From contig JBGPXN010000049.1 of NCBI GenBank assembly GCA_041492755.1, positions 1 through 28,007 of the forward strand: a stretch of 28,007 nt of DNA. The letters are read 5' to 3'. The stretch is from Candidatus Methylomirabilia bacterium (GTDB lineage Bacteria > Methylomirabilota > Methylomirabilia > Rokubacteriales > CSP1-6). The position numbers and the translations under genes are program-made. Position 1 is the stretch's first letter. Every line of letters starts with the position of its first letter. Below the pieces are notes generated by a model. That model saw nothing but the letters and a program-made list of their open reading frames with translations, had not been told where the DNA came from and made no database searches. This document shows positions 8,956-17,070 of the stretch, piece after piece.

Positions 8956-9729
8956 ATGGAGCGTCGATTTCTCGGGAAAGTCGTCGTCATCACGGGTGGG
9001 GCGGGCGGCATCGGGCGCGCCGCCGCCGTGCGCTTCGCGGGCGAGGGCGCCGACGTGGTGCTCGTCGACCTCGCGCCGGCCGGTCTCGCCGGCAGCGCGG
9101 CCGCCGTCGAGAAGGCGGGCGGGCGCGCCATCACGATCGAGGCGGACGTCACGCGGACCGCCGATGTGGAGCGATACGTGCGGACGGCCGTCGATCGCTT
9201 CGGCGGCCTCGACTGTCTCTTCAACAACGCCGGCGTGCTCGGCGCGGTGAGCGCGCTGGTCGACTATCCGGAAGACGTCTTCGACCGTGTGGTAGCCGTC
9301 AATCTCAAGAGCGTATGGCTTGGCATGAAGCTGGCCGCGCCCGCGATCATTGCGCGTGGCGGCGGAGCCATCGTCAACACCGCCTCGATCGCGGGGCTGC
9401 GCGGGACGCCGAACCTCGTCGCCTACACCGCGACCAAGCACGCCGTCGTCGGCATGACGCGGACGGCGTCGCTGGAGCTGGTGCGCCGCGGAGTGCGGGT
9501 CAACGCGGTGTGTCCGGCGCCGATCGAGACGCCGATGGCCGACGCGGTCGAATCGGGATTCAACGCCGCGAATCCCCGGCTGGTCCACGATCGTCTCGCG
9601 GCCAGCATTCCCATGCGGCGGTACGGGCGTCCCGACGAAGTGGCCGCGCTCGTGGCGTTTCTCTGCAGCGCGGACGCCGCCTACATCACCGGCGGGATCT
9701 ACACCGTCGACGGCGGCGCGATGGCCTGA
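8956..9729 (+). CDS. Short-chain dehydrogenase/reductase
   Basis: Motifs TGGAGGIG, NNAG, YTATK, VNAVCP and ITG...VDGG. Confidence 0.95.
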   Translation: MERRFLGKVVVITGGAGGIGRAAAVRFAGEGADVVLVDLAPAGLAGSAAAVEKAGGRAITIEADVTRTADVERYVRTAVDRFGGLDCLFNNAGVLGAVSALVDYPEDVFDRVVAVNLKSVWLGMKLAAPAIIARGGGAIVNTASIAGLRGTPNLVAYTATKHAVVGMTRTASLELVRRGVRVNAVCPAPIETPMADAVESGFNAANPRLVHDRLAASIPMRRYGRPDEVAALVAFLCSADAAYITGGIYTVDGGAMA

Positions 9730-9761
9730 GACTGGCGAGCAACGCGCCCGACGGCGGCCGA

Positions 9762-10544
9762 TCAGCGCCGGCGCGCGACCCACACCTGCTCTCCGCCATG
9801 GCGCACGGCGCCGCCGCGGAAGTCGCCGTTCAGGGCCTCCACCGTGAAGCCTTCCAGCTCGAGCAGGTGCCGCATCTCGTGCTGGTAGATCCACCGCAAG
9901 GTCAGGGGCGAGCAACGCCGCGCGATCACCGTGCCGCCCGCGTCCAGCTCGTCGAAGATGAACTGGCCGTCGATGCGCTGAGCGACGGGATCGTAGCTGA
10001 ACGCCTCCCACACGACGACGCGCCGCCCGGTGGTGGGGTGGGTGAAGGCCCCGTCATACCGGAGGGCGCCCGTGGCCGGGCCCAACCGCGAGGCGATGAC
10101 GGTCAGGCTCGGGTCGAAGACGTTCAAGACCAGCCGGCCGTCGCCGGTGAGATGCTCGCGGACGGAGCGCAGACAGTCGCGCTGCGCGTCGACCGTCAGC
10201 ATGTGCAGGAAGGCGCGGTAGGGGATCATCACGAGCGTGAAGCGGCGGCCGAGCGAGAAACGGCGCATGTCGGCCTCGACCAGCTCGATGCGGTTACGGA
10301 CCTCGGGCGGCAGCCCGGAAAGCTTGGCGCGCGTGGCGGCGAGCATGCTCGGCGCGCGGTCGAGCCCGACGACGTCCACGCCGGCGCGCGCGACCGGAAT
10401 CAGGATGCGGCCGGTCCCGCAGCCGAGCTCGAGAACGGGACCACCGGCCTTCGCCGCGCGGTCGACGTAGAACTCGACGTCGCCCTCGACGCCGGTCTGG
10501 TAGTGGTCGAAAAAGTCGGCGTCGGACCGATCGTCGCTCGGCAT
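9762..10544 (-). CDS. Class I SAM-dependent methyltransferase
   Basis: Motifs VLELGCGTGR, GLDRAPSML and ADMRRF. A GGGAGG RBS precedes the ATG at 10544. Confidence 0.9.
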   Translation of the reverse strand: MPSDDRSDADFFDHYQTGVEGDVEFYVDRAAKAGGPVLELGCGTGRILIPVARAGVDVVGLDRAPSMLAATRAKLSGLPPEVRNRIELVEADMRRFSLGRRFTLVMIPYRAFLHMLTVDAQRDCLRSVREHLTGDGRLVLNVFDPSLTVIASRLGPATGALRYDGAFTHPTTGRRVVVWEAFSYDPVAQRIDGQFIFDELDAGGTVIARRCSPLTLRWIYQHEMRHLLELEGFTVEALNGDFRGGAVRHGGEQVWVARRR

Positions 10545-10586
10545 CGAGCCTCCCGGGACGGGATGATGGTGATTGCGCCGGCGAAA

Positions 10587-10596
10587 TGATATATCA
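10587..10596. promoter_or_regulatory. Palindromic putative operator TGATATATCA between divergent genes
   Basis: Perfect 10-bp AT-rich palindrome in the 58-bp divergent gap. It resembles GntR-family sites (inference). Confidence 0.35.
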
Positions 10597-10602
10597 GCGG
10601 CC

Positions 10603-11466
10603 ATGCCATTCGAAGACATCGTCTACAAAGTCGCCGACGGGATCGCGACGCTCACCCTCAACCGGCCGGAGAAGCTCAACGCGGTCAGAACACGTACGCT
10701 CGACGATATCATCGCGGCGCTGGACGCCGCCGATACCGACGACGGTGTGCGCGCGGTGATCGTCACCGGGGCCGGCCGCGCGTTCTGCGCGGGCGCCGAC
10801 CTCAGCGCCGGGGCGAAGACCTTCGACGGTTCCACGCGCGGCTGGTCCGAAACCGCCGAGGAGCACCGCGACGGCGGGGGCCGCGTCACCCTCCGGATCT
10901 TCGATCTGAAGAAGCCGGTGATCGCCGCCATCAACGGACCGGCCGTCGGCTTCGGGGTGACCATGACGCTGCCGATGGACATCCGCCTGGCGTCGAGCGC
11001 GGCGCGGCTGGGGTTCGTCTTCGCGCGCCGGGGCGTGGTGCCCGAGGCCTGCAGCACCTGGTTCCTGCCGCGATTGGTCGGCATCAGCCAGGCCGCGGAG
11101 TGGGTCTACACCGGACGGGTGTTCTCGGCGGAAGAAGCGCTCGCGGGTCGACTCGTCAGCCGGGTCCTGGCGCCCGAGGCGCTACTGCCGGCGGCGCGCG
11201 CCCTGGCCCGTGAGATCGCGGACAACACGTCCGCGGTGTCGATCGCGCTGTCGCGACAGATGATGTGGAAGCTGCTCGGCGCGGATCACCCGATGGACGG
11301 GCACCGGTTGGACTCGCTCGGCATGTTCTGGACGGGGCGTTCGGCCGACGCCCACGAGGGCGTCAGCGCGTTCGTGGAGAAGCGGCCGGCCCGGTTCACG
11401 CTCCGTCCGAGCGCCGACATGCCGCCGTTCTATCCGTGGTGGAGCGAGCCGCCGTTCCGGCCCTGA
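10603..11466 (+). CDS. Enoyl-CoA hydratase/isomerase (crotonase) family protein
   Basis: Motifs TLNRPEKLNA, GRAFCAGADL, KPVIAAINGPAVG and EGVSAFVEKRP. Confidence 0.95.
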   Translation: MPFEDIVYKVADGIATLTLNRPEKLNAVRTRTLDDIIAALDAADTDDGVRAVIVTGAGRAFCAGADLSAGAKTFDGSTRGWSETAEEHRDGGGRVTLRIFDLKKPVIAAINGPAVGFGVTMTLPMDIRLASSAARLGFVFARRGVVPEACSTWFLPRLVGISQAAEWVYTGRVFSAEEALAGRLVSRVLAPEALLPAARALAREIADNTSAVSIALSRQMMWKLLGADHPMDGHRLDSLGMFWTGRSADAHEGVSAFVEKRPARFTLRPSADMPPFYPWWSEPPFRP

Positions 11467-11512
11467 CTCTAGGGCGCGAGCCCGATCGCTCGGGCGCGCG
11501 GCGGGCGCGCGC

Positions 11513-12970
11513 TCAGCGGCTGAAGCGCGACGGCTCGGCGCAGGCGCGCTCGACTTCGGCCACCGTCTTCGGGGTGCCGGCCGTGAGCACGTCGACCCCG
11601 GCGGCGGTGACGAGCACGTCGTCCTCGATGCGCACGCCGATGGACCGGAATTCGCGCGGGATCGGGTGCACGATCGTGGGGGCCTTGGCCTTCTCTTCCT
11701 CTTCCAGCGCGCGTGCGGCGGCGACGCCGAGGCGCTGCCGTCGCTCCCACATCTCGTCTTCGCTGTACTCGCGGAGGTGGAAGGTCGCGCTCTCGCGCTC
11801 GGGGTCGACGTAGAGCCCGGGCTCGACGGTGAAGATCATGCCGGCCTCGAGCGGGCGGGCGGACCGGTTGATCTTGTAGTCGCCGACGTCGTGCACGTCC
11901 ATGCCCAGCCAGTGGCCGGTGCCGTGCATGAAGAACTCGCGGTAATGGTGCATCGCGAGCGACTCGCCGACCCCGCGGGGCAGGAGCTTCAGGTCGACCA
12001 ACCCCTCGGTCAGCACGCGGCGGGCCGTGTCGTGGATGACCTCGTAGCGGACACCGGGGCGCGCCGCGTCGATTGCCGCGAGCTGGGCACGCAGGACAAG
12101 CTCGTAGATCGCGCGTTGCGGCGCGGTGAAGCGGCCGCTCACCGGGAACGTGCGGGTGATGTCGGCGGAGTGATAGCCGTACTCGCCGCCGGCGTCGATC
12201 AGGAGGAGCTCGCCGTCGAGCATGCGCCGGTTGTTCTCGCCGTAGTGAAGGATGCAGGCATTGGGCCCGGAGGCCACGATGGACGGATAGCCGTTGCGGC
12301 GCGAGCCGTTCACGCGGAAGACGTATTCGAGGGCCGCCTGCACCTCGTATTCGTGCATGCCGGGCCGGGTGACGCGCATGGCCTCGATATGCGCGTCGCG
12401 GCTGACCTCGCACGCGCGCCGCTGGGCCGCGAGCTCGGCCGCCGATTTGCGCAGCCGCAGCTCGTGGATGAGGGGGCCGGGGTCCTCGACCCGGACCGGC
12501 GTGACGAACCCGCGCGTGCGCAGCGGGCGGAGATCGATCACGAGCCGGGTGACGCGCGCGTCGTGCCCCGGGTTGCCGAGGCGGTAGTAGATGCTCGCCC
12601 GGTCGATCGCATACTCGCGGAGCTTGTGGTCGAGCTGGTCCACCGGGTAGGCGGCGTCGGCGCCGTAGGTCGCGATGGCGCCCTCGACCCCCGCGCGCCG
12701 GCCGTTCCAGATCTCCAGCTCCCGATCGCGCGGCCGCACGAAGAGCACGTACCGCTCCTTGGCGTGGGCGGGGTTGATCACGGCGACCGCGTCCGGCTCG
12801 TCGAAGCCGGTGAGGAAGAAGAAGTCCGAGTCCTGACGGAACTCGTAGTGCACGTCGTTGTTGCGGGGAATCTCGCGCGCACCCGGAATGATCGCGAGGG
12901 CGTCGCCGAGGGCCGCGGTGAAGCGCTGCCGCCGCTCTGCGAAGGGCTCGAGGTTGAACGTCGTCGTCAT
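11513..12970 (-). CDS. pepP: Xaa-Pro aminopeptidase (aminopeptidase P)
   Basis: Motifs RNNDVHYEFRQDSDF, ILHY, IDAG, ADITRTFP, HGTGHWLGMDVHD, TVEPGLY and GVRIEDD. Confidence 0.93.
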   Translation of the reverse strand: MTTTFNLEPFAERRQRFTAALGDALAIIPGAREIPRNNDVHYEFRQDSDFFFLTGFDEPDAVAVINPAHAKERYVLFVRPRDRELEIWNGRRAGVEGAIATYGADAAYPVDQLDHKLREYAIDRASIYYRLGNPGHDARVTRLVIDLRPLRTRGFVTPVRVEDPGPLIHELRLRKSAAELAAQRRACEVSRDAHIEAMRVTRPGMHEYEVQAALEYVFRVNGSRRNGYPSIVASGPNACILHYGENNRRMLDGELLLIDAGGEYGYHSADITRTFPVSGRFTAPQRAIYELVLRAQLAAIDAARPGVRYEVIHDTARRVLTEGLVDLKLLPRGVGESLAMHHYREFFMHGTGHWLGMDVHDVGDYKINRSARPLEAGMIFTVEPGLYVDPERESATFHLREYSEDEMWERRQRLGVAAARALEEEEKAKAPTIVHPIPREFRSIGVRIEDDVLVTAAGVDVLTAGTPKTVAEVERACAEPSRFSR

Positions 12971-12977
12971 GCGCCGA

Positions 12978-13982
12978 TTATCCCCTGAGCCCGAAGACAT
13001 CCGCCAGCAACTCGTACGAGCGGATGCGGGCCTTGAAGTCGTGGGTGATGGTCACGACCACCAGCTCCTCCACGCCGTAGTCCTCGGCCATCGCGATCAG
13101 GCCGTCCCGCACCTGCTCCGGGGTGCCGGCGGTCGTGCGTCCCCGGAGGTGCTCGATGATGGCGAGGTCCCGCGTGGTGTATGCAAAGTTCTCCGCCTCT
13201 TCGACGGACGGGAAGGGACCGTAGCGCCCGGTGTAGAGCCGCAGCAGCCCGAGCTGCCGGCACTTCTCGAGCTGCCCGGCCTGCTCCTGCGTCTCCGCGC
13301 ATACCGCCCACACGGCCAGGCTCGCCTCGGGCGCCGCGCGCACCTCGGAGGGCTGGAAGCGCTCGCGGTACCCACGCGTGACCTCGGGGCCGCCCTCCGC
13401 GTTGATGAAGTGGGCGAAGGAGAACGCGAGCCCGAAGTGCGCGGCGTAGGCCGCGCTCGCGTCACTGGAGCCGAGCAGCCAGACGTCGGGCGCGCTCGCT
13501 CCCGCCGGCATGGCGCGCACGCCCGCGAACGGGTGTCCGGACGGCAGCCGGTCGTGGAGCCAGCCGAGGAGGTCACCGATCTGGTCGGGGAAGTGCTCGA
13601 TGCCCAGCGCGCCGGGCCCGTGGGCCAGCGCGCGCGCCGTGCGCTGATCGCTGCCCGGCGCCCGGCCGATGCCGAGATCGATCCGACCCGGGAACAGCGT
13701 CTCCAGCATCCGGAACTGCTCCGCGACCTTCAGCGCACTGTAGTGATTCAACATGACGCCGCCGGAGCCGACGCGAATGCGCGACGTGCGGGAAGCGACG
13801 TGCCCGATGAGGATCTCGGGACTGGCGCCGGCGAGCCCCGGCGACGAATGATGCTCGGCGAGCCAGTAGCGGTGGTAGCCGAGCCGGTCACAGACCTGTG
13901 CGAGCTCCAGGGTCTCGCGGACGGCGTCGGCAGGCGTGCCGCCGCTACGGATCGGTGATTGGTCGAGCACGCTCAAACGCAT
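12978..13982 (-). CDS. LLM-class (luciferase-like) flavin-dependent oxidoreductase
   Basis: Motifs LSVLDQSP, GYHRYWLAEHH, RIRVGSGGVML.HYS.LKVAE.F and PGRIDLGIGRAPG. Confidence 0.95.
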   Translation of the reverse strand: MRLSVLDQSPIRSGGTPADAVRETLELAQVCDRLGYHRYWLAEHHSSPGLAGASPEILIGHVASRTSRIRVGSGGVMLNHYSALKVAEQFRMLETLFPGRIDLGIGRAPGSDQRTARALAHGPGALGIEHFPDQIGDLLGWLHDRLPSGHPFAGVRAMPAGASAPDVWLLGSSDASAAYAAHFGLAFSFAHFINAEGGPEVTRGYRERFQPSEVRAAPEASLAVWAVCAETQEQAGQLEKCRQLGLLRLYTGRYGPFPSVEEAENFAYTTRDLAIIEHLRGRTTAGTPEQVRDGLIAMAEDYGVEELVVVTITHDFKARIRSYELLADVFGLRG

Positions 13983-14019
13983 GGCGTTCAGTGTAACAGC
14001 GCCGCGCTATGCTCGGGCC

Positions 14020-14356
14020 ATGGCGTCGCGGGCGCGCCGGATCCGGGTCGAAGGCGTCATCGCCGTCGAGCTGCTTTCGGTGCTGCTTGCCGCGTGCGCG
14101 GGGGCGTGTGGCCGGGCTCCCGGTTGCGCGCCACCGAATCGTGATGAACCCCGTGGCCCCGAGCCTGGTCAGCTACGCGGATCGCATCGCGAAGCGCGCG
14201 ATTTCGACGCTTCAGCTCGTGTCCGATGACGAATTCGTGCGCGGGGTGGCGGAATTCAGGCGATGGTGCGAACGACACGATCGGGGACAGGCCATCGAGG
14301 ACGAGATCGACGTCTTCGCATTCCGGCGAGACCCCGCGAGGAAGGCGCCGCGCTGA
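14020..14356 (+). pseudogene. Probable chimeric remnant: lipoprotein-like N-terminus joined out of frame to a methyltransferase-like C-terminus
   Basis: TATGCT-6nt-ATG(14020) gives MASRARR...LLSVLLAAC (lipobox-like). Another frame gives APSLVSYADRIAKRAISTLQLVSDDEFVRGV...EIDVFAFRR, which resembles C-termini of class I methyltransferases but has no SAM-binding motif. Confidence 0.45.
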
Positions 14357-14391
14357 TAGGCGCTCCGGCGCCGGGGCCGAGACGACCGAGG

Positions 14392-15015
14392 CTAGGAGCG
14401 CGAGCCGGCGACGGTCACGACGGGGGCGAGATCCGAATCCACGCGGTACCCGGCAGCGTGCAAGCCGTCGATCTGGGCGCGCCACATCCGCCACCACTTC
14501 GGCTCGCGCGCGGGGTCGAGTGTGAGCATGAGGCCTTGGGCGAGTGTTCGGGAGCGCGGGTAGTCGTCGAAGAGGACGGGCGTGCCGACGTCGACGAACC
14601 CGACTTCCGCGAGGAAGCTGCGGCCCGGGAAGTGTGGATCGACGGCGCCGGTGACGACGCGGGCCCCCAGCGGGCGCATTCTCAAGATCGCATCGAGCAT
14701 CGCCAGCCGGTAAACGCCCAGGCGGCGGAAGGGGCGGGCCACGACTCCTCGAGTGAGCTCGGTAACGTCGTCACCCTGCGGCAACGTCGCCTTGCCGGAC
14801 GACCACTCGTGGAGCACCGACGGGGACCCCGATGTCACCCGGATCATCCCGACGGGGCGACCGTCGTGCGCGACGGTGAGGTGGAGACTGCCGGCGTCGA
14901 ACCGATCGCGCGCCCCCGCCGCCGAGACTTGCTCCCAGCCGTGGCGCCGCAGCATCTCCATCTCGACGGTGAAATGCCGTTCGAGCCGGACGCTGAGCAG
15001 ACTCGTGTCGCTCAC
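14392..15015 (-). CDS. GNAT-fold acyltransferase, FeeM/LuxI/OlsB-like
   Basis: Motifs DRFDAGSLH...DGRPVGMIRV, TELTRGVV..PFRRLG and VGF..VG. GGAG RBS, 12 bp after the upstream stop. Confidence 0.7.
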   Translation of the reverse strand: MSDTSLLSVRLERHFTVEMEMLRRHGWEQVSAAGARDRFDAGSLHLTVAHDGRPVGMIRVTSGSPSVLHEWSSGKATLPQGDDVTELTRGVVARPFRRLGVYRLAMLDAILRMRPLGARVVTGAVDPHFPGRSFLAEVGFVDVGTPVLFDDYPRSRTLAQGLMLTLDPAREPKWWRMWRAQIDGLHAAGYRVDSDLAPVVTVAGSRS

Positions 15016-15027
15016 GGTGTCGCTCCG

Positions 15028-17028
15028 TCAGCGCGCCGCGCCCGGCTTCGTCGCGGCCAACGTCAGGCAGTGACCGCCGTAGGCGGGCCAGGCCCGCGGG
15101 AGGCGGCCGGCCAGGTCCGTCAGGACCGTCCGGATTCGCTCGGCGCGGTGGGAGTCCTTGAGGGCTGCGTCGAATGCCAGATTCACCCGCTTGACCGTCT
15201 CCCACTGGCTGGCCACGCTGGCGAGGTCGCCGGTCTTTCGCAACTGCTGCTCGCTGTCGTCCAGGAGCTGGCCCAGGTCGAACTTCATGCTCGGCTCCGT
15301 GATCACGAGCTGACCGCCGGGTCGCAGGACCCGCCACGCTTCACGCAACAGCCGATCCGGCTGCTCCGTCGTGAACAGCACCAGGAGGATGTTGACGGCA
15401 TCGAAGCAGTCGTTCGCGAATCGGGAGAGGTCGGTGGCGTCTTCCTGGTAGGTCTCCAGTCGCGCCGCGTGATCGCGGCATTTCTCCTGGAGGCGGTCGA
15501 GCATCGCCTCGTTACGATCGACGGCGGTCACCGTCGCGCCCGACTCCAGGAGCGGCAGCGTGAGGTTGCCGGTCCCGGCCCCGAAATCCAGGATCCGCAT
15601 GCCCTGCCGGGCCGCCAGCAGATCGAGGTGCCGCTTCACCGTCTCGGCATAGTTCGGGAGCTTCGGCAGGACCGCGTCGTACGCGGTCGCATATTGAGAG
15701 AAGAGGAAATCCAGGTTCGGGCCCGGTCGTGGCATGCGGCAGATCCCCTCGGGGTCCAGCTTGGCGTATCGGGAGACGTCCACGTACACGACCCTGATCA
15801 GCAGCCGATCGTCGATCCGCTGGTGCGTCAGGATCGCGGGAAGATAGGCGCGACAGAAGAACTCGGGATCCGGATGCTTGGTGAGGACGATCGGGATCTC
15901 GGCTTGCACCGGCTGCACGCTCGAGCTGAGGACCGTCGGGTCACCGTATAGGCGGCTCTGCTCCTCGATGAACTTGTCGTACTGCCATCGGTCCATCAGC
16001 GACAGCAGATGCGTCATCAGCTCTTCGGGCGGCACGCCGATCAGGTCGGGCCGCTGGAGGTTGAAGAGCCGCGCCGTCTGCTCGGAGGCGTCGCCGATTC
16101 GGTGATCTTTGACGGGCACGTCGCGGAGATCGATCTCGATGGTGGCGGTCGGGCGCAGGTCGCCCCAGCCCAGGTCGTAACTTTCCCGCTGGCCAAGGAG
16201 CTCCACGACGTCGTCGATGGCCTTGGCGAGCGCGTCGGCCGACATCGTCTGCGGGTCGGGCGGCAGCATGATCGTGCGGCGGTTCTGCAGGTCGAACGGC
16301 AACCGCCCCTCCGGGGCGAGGATGACGAGGGGCTTGCCGGTGGCGAGGCGGTATCCCACCTCCACCATGACGTTGGGGTTCCAGGGATGCTTCCCGAGGA
16401 AGGCGATTACGTGATCCGCGGAGAAGAGCGCGTTCGCGACGTCGGCCCAGATGTCAGCGCCCGACTGGTCTAGCGGGTGCACGACCAGGCACGGTGGTGA
16501 CAGGCGCTTGCATGCCTCGGCCACGATCCGATGGAACACGTACTCAGAGAGGCGTCGATCCTCCGAATCTGGCGCACCGATGGGTGTGATCAAGAAACAC
16601 CGCCGCGTTCCCCTGGGGAGCGACCGGTAGGCCTTGTATCCGGCGATCGTCTCCACCGGCAGATAACGGGCACGGCTCCGGGCGGCCAGCCCTTGCCACA
16701 CGGACGACGACACGATCGCCTCTCCCGGTGATGCCGCGTTGGCGAGCTGGGAAGCCTCGAACTTCGCCTCGGTCGGCTGTCCCGTGGACGCGATGCCGAT
16801 CCGGAAGCCGTCGACCTGCCGCTGGGCGCGCGCGATGGCGGTCTGGAGCTTCACGGTGCTCCGGTGGGCGTGCTCGATGCTGGCAATTTCCGCCAGGATC
16901 GTATCGCCCTGGACGGCGACACCGCGAGGCACGTCGTGCAAACGCTTCTGCACGAACTGCCGTTGCTCCTCGAACTCGATACTCCCGGCCGCCGCGTGTG
17001 CGAGCTTGATCGCCATCCACACTGTCAT
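15028..17028 (-). CDS. Multidomain protein: degenerate class III cyclase fold + nucleoside deoxyribosyltransferase/TIR-like + PAS-like + class I SAM methyltransferase
   Basis: aa 1-137: QGDTILA, FRIGI, ASQLANAASPGEAIVS. aa 142-282: CFLITPIG, ADHVIA, NPNVMVEVGYRLATGKP, LPFD. aa ~292-420: ASEQTARLFNL..PDLIG. aa 440-666: ILDFGAGTG, AVDRNEAML, RVLRPGG. GGAGGG RBS. Confidence 0.75.
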   Translation of the reverse strand: MTVWMAIKLAHAAAGSIEFEEQRQFVQKRLHDVPRGVAVQGDTILAEIASIEHAHRSTVKLQTAIARAQRQVDGFRIGIASTGQPTEAKFEASQLANAASPGEAIVSSSVWQGLAARSRARYLPVETIAGYKAYRSLPRGTRRCFLITPIGAPDSEDRRLSEYVFHRIVAEACKRLSPPCLVVHPLDQSGADIWADVANALFSADHVIAFLGKHPWNPNVMVEVGYRLATGKPLVILAPEGRLPFDLQNRRTIMLPPDPQTMSADALAKAIDDVVELLGQRESYDLGWGDLRPTATIEIDLRDVPVKDHRIGDASEQTARLFNLQRPDLIGVPPEELMTHLLSLMDRWQYDKFIEEQSRLYGDPTVLSSSVQPVQAEIPIVLTKHPDPEFFCRAYLPAILTHQRIDDRLLIRVVYVDVSRYAKLDPEGICRMPRPGPNLDFLFSQYATAYDAVLPKLPNYAETVKRHLDLLAARQGMRILDFGAGTGNLTLPLLESGATVTAVDRNEAMLDRLQEKCRDHAARLETYQEDATDLSRFANDCFDAVNILLVLFTTEQPDRLLREAWRVLRPGGQLVITEPSMKFDLGQLLDDSEQQLRKTGDLASVASQWETVKRVNLAFDAALKDSHRAERIRTVLTDLAGRLPRAWPAYGGHCLTLAATKPGAAR

Positions 17029-17070
17029 GCCAGCGTCCCTCCACAGGGCCCCATCGTCAGCGCATCGACG

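Noticed and set aside
11480..11495. Hairpin GCCCGA-TCGC-TCGGGC between convergent crotonase and pepP
   Set aside because: A short GC stem with no U-tract is expected by chance at this GC content.
15028..15711. Methyltransferase domain as a restriction-modification DNA methylase
   Set aside because: It lacks DPPY/NPPY or PC catalytic motifs and looks like a small-molecule class I MTase.
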